Shown here one piece after another: positions 10,647-18,711 of a stretch of DNA of 64,000 bases (within the stretch, counting starts at the first letter, position 1; each line of letters starts with the position of its first letter). Source of the stretch: Eledone cirrhosa (taxonomy: Eukaryota); assembly GCA_964016885.1 (NCBI GenBank), contig OZ024745.1:6510001-6574000 (forward strand), given 5' to 3'. Made by a program: the position numbers and the translations under genes. Below the pieces are notes generated by a model. It worked only from the letters and a program-made list of their open reading frames with translations. It was not told the origin of the DNA and made no database searches.

Positions 10647-10718
10647 ATAGTTTCCATAGAACACCCGAGGATGTAGTTTCCATAGAACACCCGAGGATGT
10701 AGTTTCCATAGAACACCC
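10647..10718. repeat. 26-bp tandem repeat, ~2.7 copies (TAGTTTCCATAGAACACCCGAGGATG)
   Basis: Direct inspection. Confidence 0.9.
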
Positions 10719-10719
10719 A

Positions 10720-11180
10720 AATGATTTAGAAGTCGACTTTAAGTAGGAGCAATAACATTAAGAAAGACACGGACTACACCACATGATTTTGTTTTGAAAA
10801 TTTTGAAAGTAAGTTTATAAGTATGAATTTTCATAAGAATTTCGTTGTTGTCTCTGTGGTCTAGTGGTAGGTACTAGAGACGGTGGAGATCCTGGCCTTG
10901 GGTTCAATCCTGGCCGAGAGGTACATGTTTTTAGTTTACAACCAATAGAAAAAAAAACAGAAAAGGTTTGCCGGTAACCTTACTCCCGACCAGGATCGAA
11001 CTTTAAACCAGGATCACCACCGTCTACGATTCCTGCCACTAGGCCACCGAGACAGCTACAAAAGTCTAATGAAAATTGATAATTATAAACCTACTTTCAA
11101 AATCAAAGTTAAAAAGACGTGTTAACGTTTCTGTCTTTCCTAGAGCTATTAGTAATATTTAGGGTCGACTTCTGGTCATT
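10720..11180. mobile_element. Fold-back/MITE-like element with ~200-bp imperfect inverted arms, each ending in a tRNA-like sequence
   Basis: 10720-10920 aligns to the reverse complement of 10983-11180 (aatga..agaagtcgac...aaagac...attttgaaagta.gtttataa.tat.aattttcat...gtctc.gtgg.ctagtgg.agg...agacggtgg.gatcctgg...gttc.atcctgg.cg.gag). Confidence 0.8.
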
Positions 11181-11328
11181 ATTGAAAGTCTCTGGATTTC
11201 GCAAAATACATAATATTTTTATTGGAGAAGGAAAGATATTTTTCTGCAAAAATTTGACTGCACTGTTTTGTTTCCACTTATGTATTTTTCGAAAATATTA
11301 TTTATTCATTATTAAAATTAAATGATAG

Positions 11329-11484
11329 CATTCTATATGTAGGTGGGCCCCTTCATTCTATATGTAAGTGGACCCCCTTCATTCTATATGTAGGTAGGTC
11401 CCTTCATTCTATATGTAAGTGGGCCCCCTTCATTCTATATGTAGGTGGGCCCCTTCATTCTATATGTAGGTGGGCCCCCTTCAT
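11329..11484. repeat. 25-26-bp subterminal tandem repeat of the hAT element, ~6 copies (CATTCTATATGTAGGTGGGCCCC(C)TT)
   Basis: Direct periodicity. Confidence 0.93.
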
Positions 11485-11520
11485 CTGGCAACCAATATTT
11501 TTAGACCTAGTCCGCCATTG

Positions 11521-11870
11521 TCTATAGCCCTTAATTCAACCGTTACGAAACGTCTGGAAGCATTCGAAAGTTTAGAAAACTTATTGGCAAACTTATCTGC
11601 TCCACCGACTTTCGTGTCTTGTATTGAAAGTTTCATGTGAAACTGTCAGTGAAGCTTTCTTTAAACGCAGATTCTATAAATACTGGAATACTTCTTGGTT
11701 ATAGCGTCACATTATATTGTTTCTCTTCAATAGTTCATCTCGTCACATGTTCCTAATTTATCATACTTATGTCGTCCACCAACAACTCAACCTTACACTC
11801 CATACAGACACTATTCTATAAACTAATTTATAGAATATTCTTCAATGGAAATATAACAATCTAATATATT
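11521..11870 (+). mobile_element. Possible highly decayed CR1-group RT fragment
   Basis: Weak motif echoes: IALNSTVTKRLE (cf. YRPIALxSxxSKxLE), INTGILLG..ILFL (cf. GVPQGSxLSPxLF), TLHS. Confidence 0.35.
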
Positions 11871-11884
11871 CTAATGCGGGTTCA

Positions 11885-12332
11885 GGTATTGTACCACGTG
11901 ATCAATCAGGCCTTTGGTTCTCAATCCGCGTTCATGGTACCACTCAGGTCCAAGGACGAGTCTATCCTTTTCAAAGATTCGAACAGTATAATGGAAAGCT
12001 GATCTCTTTTATAATCCCTCGGAGTTTACCATCAATAACTTGCCTCAATTGGATATAATTCATGAGATGTCAGATCATCCTACCCTGGCAGATGTCCAAT
12101 ATACTGAGGCGAGGGATTAAAACTAGGAAGCCATCTCAGGTCTTCATGGTATTCCTGTTGAGGTCTTGCTTCATGGAGGTGACAGAATTGCTGTGGAGGT
12201 TTACCATTTGATTTCTGATATTTGGTCGAGTATTTCCCCAAGACTGGATTGGTGCGATCCTTGTTTCCTTGTTCATGGGAAAGGGGTCAAGGCCGGTGTG
12301 TGGCGACTATCAGGGAATAAGTATTCTTTATG
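11885..12332 (+). mobile_element. Decayed RTE-clade LINE internal fragment (linker plus start of RT)
   Basis: Translates VPLRSKDESILFKD, GLHGIPVEVLLHGG...LISDIW, PQDWIGAILVSLFMGKGSRPVCGDYQGISIL (cf. CGNYRGISLL). Confidence 0.8.
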
Positions 12333-13519
12333 AATGCGTAAATTTTTGCAAAACTTCCCTTTAATAGGCTTACCAAGTTGATTTGCCCTCGTGTGATTCC
12401 GGAGACACAATATGGATTTAGGTCGGGTAGGGACACACTGGATATAATCTTTTTGGCTCATTAGCTGCAGGATAGCTACATCGAGGTATGAAAGGGAGGC
12501 TTAACTTCAGTAGTTCTCTGTCTGAACCCATAGCCATGAACAATGGAGTTAAGCAGGGGACATCCTAGCACAAACTCTGTTCTCTATCTTCTTTGCCATT
12601 ACTTCCACGAATGCATGTCTGCGGAATATTCAGCCACTTACATGTTAATTTCACGAGCCGTCAATTCTTTTAACCGAATCAACTGGAGCACTCGTCGTCC
12701 GAAACGACGGAGATCCAACTACAATAGACTATTGATGTATCTTCAGCAACATTCTTTTTTAATTTGTGAAGACATCACTTTATTTTGTCCACCATTAACA
12801 ACATATAGATTTTCTAATTTCTATCAACTGAAGTTGGGGAAATGTTATCTCCATAACACTAGAATCGCGCTGTTGGACCACAAAAACGAATTTAATCACA
12901 GAATGGTAACAAATATCTCCATTTCAACAAATTTCGGGGTATCAAAAGAGAACTCTGTCTTTTACAACGACACCTACCATACAACGCTGTTAACCAAATT
13001 ACTACTCAAACGTTAAGTTCTAGAATACCAGGGCTGAGACGGCTACTACAGGAGACAGCTTCAATATACAGCAATGGTAGCAAGATGGTAGTATCAACTC
13101 TGAACGACACTGACAATATAACAGGCAGAAGAACGGCTGCACTTGTAATATCTGCTGTTTAAAGGTCAGCATGTGGGAGATACTGACTCTGGGTATCTAC
13201 AATACGTTCATAAAACCTGTATTAGAATAATGAGGCTGATATGGCGTTTAGGTGGAAAAGTTTGATTATTTTAAAGTAGGGCACAAAATCAGGAACGCGC
13301 ATCTTTAGAAAAGTTGTTTCCATATAACTATATCATGACAGCGTGGAGATTCGTTACATCTATTTGGTTACATCGTTAAACTGGACAGTGGAACATCTGC
13401 TAATCCGGCCATAAGATCAAACATCTGGACATAAAAGATGTCATGACCCCCTCTTATTCCTCTGTCCTAGTTCGGCATTTAATAACCTAAAAACGAATGA
13501 CCATGAATTTGCACCTAGA

Positions 13520-13808
13520 AAGTTTCCGTCTGAAGCTCAAGTCCGAGCAAAGTTTTTTTTGTGGAAGACCAGCAGTCGATCATACATACCAGTCTTCCCA
13601 CGCCACTGATGTTGCCCAAGGGAAAGACAATGGCCGATACAACTTGGCACCAGTGATGTCATAACTCATTTCTACAGCTGAGTGAACTGGAGAAACGTGA
13701 AATAAAGTGCCTTGCTCAAGGAAACAACTCATCGCCCGGTCCAGGAATTGAAATCACAAACTCACGATTGTGAATTCAACTCTCTAACCACTAATCCACG
13801 CACCTTCG
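13520..13808 (-). mobile_element. tRNA-derived SINE (family B), minus strand
   Basis: rc: gaaggtgcgtggattagtggttag (A-box), gatttcaattcc (B-box), central tccttgagcaaggcactttatttcacg...ccagttcactcagctgtagaaatgag. Confidence 0.8.
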
Positions 13809-13839
13809 CGTTTAATAACCTACCTCACCTACGGTGGAT

Positions 13840-14000
13840 TGACAGCAGTTATCGCTAGACAACGTGCTTTGTGGCCTAGAAATCAAGCCCAAGTTTGCTT
13901 TACCTTTCATCTTTACGGGGTCGATTAACTACAGTACCAGTAATGAACTGGAGTCGATTTAATCACCCGAAATTGTTGGCCTTGTGCCTAAATCAGAAAT
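13840..14000 (+). mobile_element. Decayed SINE family A copy
   Basis: cctttcatctttacggggtcgat...gtaccagtaatgaactggagtcgatttaatc...aaattgttggccttgtgcctaaatcagaaat. Confidence 0.75.
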
Positions 14001-14559
14001 ACTCTGCCCTACTCCAGATTTATAAACACTTCATTGAGATAATATTTACGTTATATCACTGAAGATCTCTTGTCATTCAATTCATCAATATCCAAACATT
14101 TCTATATTTCTATTTTATATTTTGTTCTCATCAATGCATTCCACTTTATTTCTTGTAATTCCCATCCGTTATTCCAGTTCTGTTGTCCGGTCTGCCCCTG
14201 TAATATCTAGAAGTCAGGGAAAGGTTACTTTCATTTTCCACTTCACTCATTTTTCTTTCTTTTCATATTTTCTTATTTTCCTTCTCTGTTCCACTTCTCT
14301 TCACTTCCGATGTTTCACATTCCTGAAACAAAAAAAATTGTCTCATTCTACATTGACACTCGATGGTTTTCATATATGCTACTGTTGTTGTTGTTACTGT
14401 CAGTTTTGTCTTTGTTGTTGTTGTTATTGTTGTTGGTGATCATCACTTTCTACCTCTTCTTCACCTTCTTTATTTATATCCATGTCCTGTCTTGGTGAAC
14501 AACGAAAATAGATTCGTCGAACCAACTAATCGACCTTTTCACAACCCAACTTAAGTAGT

Positions 14560-14810
14560 GACACACACAGTAAAATACATACACACATACATACATACGT
14601 GCATACACACACGTACACAATCACACACACACACACATACATACATACGTGCATACACACACACCCACACACACACATACATACATACATGCATACATAC
14701 ATACACAACTTTTGTCCTCATCTACTCCCATCCCCAACACACACAGGCAAACACCCACCCACACATACATACACTCAACGCTCCCCCCCCCCCAAACACA
14801 TACAACACCT
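14560..14810. repeat. Degenerate (CA)n/(CATA)n low-complexity tract
   Basis: Direct inspection. Confidence 0.85.
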
Positions 14811-15254
14811 AACCCCCTCCCCATACTTAAACTATTGACCTTCCAATGGTTATGACTCAATTGTTAAGCAATTCCATGCAAGTCTAAAGAGTTACTTTAC
14901 ATTAGTCCACTCAGTAGTTTATGTTCGAAGACAGATTCTACTTCGATTTCAACATCGAACTATTGTCGTTTATTGAACTATTTCAGGACATAGTAAATGA
15001 CAATGGAAGTTACACTAGAAATGTCTTGTTGATATTTGTTGCAATATGTCAGGTGTTAAAGACAGAAAAGTGCAGACATTACTGAGTGGAAAAGAAATTG
15101 TTTTAGCAGTCATGCCCCCCCCCACACACACACACACACACACATACACACTGTGCAGCACCTTGCACAAGTATCTTCTACCATAGACGTAGGTCAGAAA
15201 TTTAGTTGACGGAAAATCTACAAAGGTTTACCGAGCATATAAACACACACATTT

Positions 15255-15290
15255 TATATATATGTATATTTATATATATATATGTATATA

Positions 15291-15348
<58 letters not shown>
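15255..15348. repeat. (TA)n microsatellite
   Basis: Direct inspection; a second (TA)n lies at 15591-15626. Confidence 0.97.
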
Positions 15349-15351
<3 letters not shown>

Positions 15352-15466
15352 TAGGTAGTACTGTGAAATACTGGTGTTGGTACCAAACCAACCACTCTAT
15401 ACACAGGCAGGGTGTATATAATTGAAAAAACGGGGAAGTTTCGTTTACATATGAAAAATATTTATT

Positions 15467-15572
15467 GCGTATCGACTTGTTACGCGCGTTTCGCAGAGGA
15501 TTGGCTGAAGGTGACCCATAGAAGTTATGGACCCGACTCCAGTATTGATCTGCTCCTCAGACTGGTGATGCG
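15467..15572 (-). ncRNA. Type I hammerhead ribozyme (Penelope-like minimal stem III, extended stem II)
   Basis: rc: cgcaucaccagu-CUGAGGA-GCAGA-[51-nt hairpin insert]-UCUGC-GAAAC-gcgc-GUA^acaagucgauacgc. Full CUGANGA/GAAA core, 5-bp stem II, GUA cleavage triplet; predicted cut between 15481 and 15480. Confidence 0.75.
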
Positions 15573-15586
15573 TCAAAAGATATATT

Positions 15587-15632
<46 letters not shown>

Positions 15633-15634
15633 TC

Positions 15635-15760
15635 ATTTATTATGGCTATTGGTGAGCTTTGTTACTCTAAAGTTTCACCTGTGCACTCACAGAATCACCA
15701 GTCTTGTCAGAGGAGTACGGAGGTGAGACTCCAGAGTAACAAGGCTTAACCATAATAAAT
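15635..15760. repeat. Long imperfect hairpin (pre-miRNA-like or miniature fold-back element)
   Basis: ggtgagctttgttactctaaagtttcacctgtgcactc pairs with gagtacggaggtgagactccagagtaacaaggcttaacc; outer atttattatgg pairs with ccataataaat. Confidence 0.75.
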
Positions 15761-15821
15761 AAATATTTAAACTCTAATTCGGTATTGAGTTTTCATTCTT
15801 ACGTCCGTCAATAATTCACGA

Positions 15822-16111
15822 ACTCTCAGGTCTTGAATAATCGTCCCCACCCCCCACTTATTAATGTGTCAGATCCACCCCCACCCCACCGGCTTGTTAA
15901 ATTTTGCTAATCTATCTCCGGAGAAATTTTATTGTAAGTGATTCATATTGATACAGCAGCTGGAGAATCTAATAAATTTACATTAAATAAACTTTATATA
16001 TGACAAAAGAACATTACAAGAAATCCCATATTTACCAACGTACACTAAACAAGTACTGTCCCCCCCCCTCCCCATTATTGCCACCCCTCCTATTATTTGG
16101 GACCCGAGAGT
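15822..16111. mobile_element. Small MITE with ~22-bp TIRs
   Basis: Left actctcaggtcttgaataatcg vs right (rc) actctcgggtcccaaataatag; both have internal C-rich ..ttatt repeats. Confidence 0.6.
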
Positions 16112-16708
16112 GCCACCAAACTCTCCTCCTCTCTATGTCTATTACACAAACTTTCTTTTAATCCCCCTCTCTATATCAACTAAAACCAAACTCTCCCCCT
16201 CTCTATATCTACCACGACACCGCCTTTTCTTATCCCACTCTCTATATCTAAGTCTAATACACTCTCACTCTCTATAAATATCTACTCTGATCTCTCCCAA
16301 TCCCCCTCTGTATATCTACAACCACCAAACTCTCCCCCTCTCTATATGTCCTACACAGTACTCTCTCCCTTTCCTTATCAATAAACAACAATCTCTCTCC
16401 CTCTCTATATCTAATATACAACACACTCTCGCAACCTCCTCTCTATATTAATTAAAACCAAACTATCCCCTCTCTCTATAGCTACCGCACAACACTCTCT
16501 CTCATTCCCTCTCACTACCAAATACTCCCCCTATATATATATATATATATATATCAATCCTCTCCCTCTATTAATTACCACCAAACTCTCCCCCTCTCTA
16601 CATCAACTATATAACATACTCTCCCAATCCTCCTCACTATATCACGTAACATCCTATATCTACTACACGGGACTCTCTTCCAATCTCCCTCTCTATATCA
16701 ATTACCAC
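16112..16708. repeat. Degenerate C/T-rich minisatellite (~30-35-bp unit, accaaactctccccctctctatatct)
   Basis: Recurrent ctctccccctctctatatc core about 18 times. Confidence 0.85.
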
Positions 16709-16904
16709 TTGATATAGACGTGATTTACTTTGCTCCGGATTTTTACGGATTGTTGTCAAAAAAACTGTGAGTTTATTGCTCAATTTAATAACATTGTTTA
16801 GTTTAACCCCTTGCCTTGGCCGTCAGACGTTGAGTCAAATAATTTTCGCCCCTTTCTGGGGCGAAATTTTCAATTTTCATCTAAAAACTGTAGACTTGGT
16901 GGCA

Positions 16905-18669
16905 ATGGATGCCATTTCCACCTCGCACACTGTCGTGAGTGCCAGGCCCACTAAGAAAAGTGGTGGAGGGAAGGTAGGAGTGCAAAGCTTGCAGCCGCCC
17001 CCCCTCGCATCATCGAAAAACGTGGAAAATATCGAAACCGCGAAACCAAATCCGGCAAATAATACCAGCACCAACAACAAGAACAATGACAACAACACCA
17101 CAACCAACAACTGCAACAATAGCAACACCAATATTACCAACAGTGACAGTAACACGAAAGACAACAACACCAAAACAACATTTTCACAGACCGTAAAAAA
17201 AAACGAACTATACACGCCAATTGACATAACAAATGCTAAACAACTATTACAAGACGCAAAACAATTCGTGACTTTTGGCGAAAACGGTGCTTTTAGCATT
17301 AATTCTCCACAGGAATTACGTAGAGAGGCTGTCCTGAAAACTGTGGTTTTCAGGACAATATCGAACGTAACAAGAAAACCAGCTCAATTATCACAAAATG
17401 AAATTGAGCTGGTTCTAAAAGACCCAATGAAGGACTTAACCTTCATACAAAAAGGTAAACTGTTTGGTAGCATTTCGGTGCCGATGAACAACCAGTCAAC
17501 AGCTCAAAAGTACTCGATAGCACCCATTGTGTCCCCCCCACTTCACCTTTTACCCCACATACAGGGGAAAAAGGACACAAAGAATAAAATAATGAGTATC
17601 ACACCAAATGTAAACATTTGGTGGATACTATGTGAAATAATAAACTTTGACGAAGACAATATAATTTCAATAGGAAAGTGCTCCGGAGGTGTATTTGGTG
17701 GGACCACAGTAGAAGTTCTGGTGCAAATGAGCCCAGAACGAATAGCGAATATCCCACAACGCATGCCTCTGGACGGGCTAACTTATATAAACATTTCAGT
17801 GGAGGGAAGGCGGCCGTCATGTTACCACTGCTTAAGCAGGGGTTACCTGAGGGCTGCTTGTCCTCAATTAACGAGTCAAAAAAAAAGGCTCTTCTGTCAA
17901 CCCCGAACACAACAACACAACCACCACCACCACCACAACAACACGGAAAAATAACAACACAAAACACTGTTCCACCCAACCCCTCCCCACCTAAAACAAA
18001 TACAAAAGCAACCACAACAAAACCCCAAAATATACCCCTCCCCAACAACACGGAAGAGGACTCCGTATCAACGTCACCCAGTGACGACGAGGGAGAACCC
18101 TTTCAACAGGTGAAAAGGAAAAAAAAAGGCACCACATTAACAAAAATGCCACAAACACACAGCCACCAGCACAAACAGAACAAACAGAACAAATAAAAAA
18201 ACCCACCCCTCCCCAAAACATAACACGTACTATAAAACGCAAACACCCGCAAGAACAACAAACAAAAACAAACACAACACAACAAAAACTCTATACATAC
18301 ATTAACAAGAACAATAAAACGTTGATGAAAGCGATAGAAAATAACCCTTCGGTGGAAACCGAAGGGATCACTTTTACCTACGCAGCGAACAAACCGCACC
18401 TAATGATGATTAGGGTCCCAACGGAAACCTATGTAACTTTGAAAAAGAACCATCCAATGCATGTGGGGACCAACTGCACCAAACCACATAACAGCGTCCT
18501 ATTGAGATGTTTCCCCACCCCCACACCAGACACCCACATCCCACCAAACACCCTAATCCCACCACACACTGATGTCCTCACCCCACCACAAACCACCACC
18601 CCACCAAACAACCCTTCCAACACCCCCATGGAAATTGTGCAGCCTGGCCCCCAGGAGACGAAGAGGTAA
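16905..18669 (+). pseudogene. Tx1-type ORF1 (gag-like nucleic-acid-binding protein), frameshifted
   Basis: ATG at 16905; N/T-rich N-terminus; knuckle CYHCLSRGYLRAAC (CX2CX4[H>Y]X4C, 17820-17861); frameshift at the A-run 17878-17887; continues with an acidic tract plus FQQVKRKKK; last segment ends TAA 18667-18669. Confidence 0.8.
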
Positions 18670-18711
18670 GTAATTTCCTTTCCTCTTCCTTTTTACCTCT
18701 TCAGCACCAAC

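Larger units (their letters stand above)
9668..11520. mobile_element. Non-autonomous hAT-type DNA transposon carrying nested inserts
   Basis: TIRs CAGTGGCGGACTGG / (rc) CAATGGCGGACTAG; 8-bp TSD actatagc (9660-9667) vs tctatagc (11521-11528); subterminal GGGCCC motifs at both ends. Confidence 0.8.

Noticed and set aside
10850-11053. Functional tRNA genes
   Set aside because: A and B boxes are present but anticodon and T stems do not pair properly; treated as tRNA-derived sequence.
10647-11484. Recurrence of ~26-bp period in two small repeats and the large satellite
   Set aside because: The units share no convincing sequence similarity; most likely coincidence.
12543-13016. 157-aa ORF and cgtcgt-ccga-aacgacg hairpin
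   Set aside because: No recognisable domain; probably a decayed interspersed repeat that I cannot classify from sequence alone.
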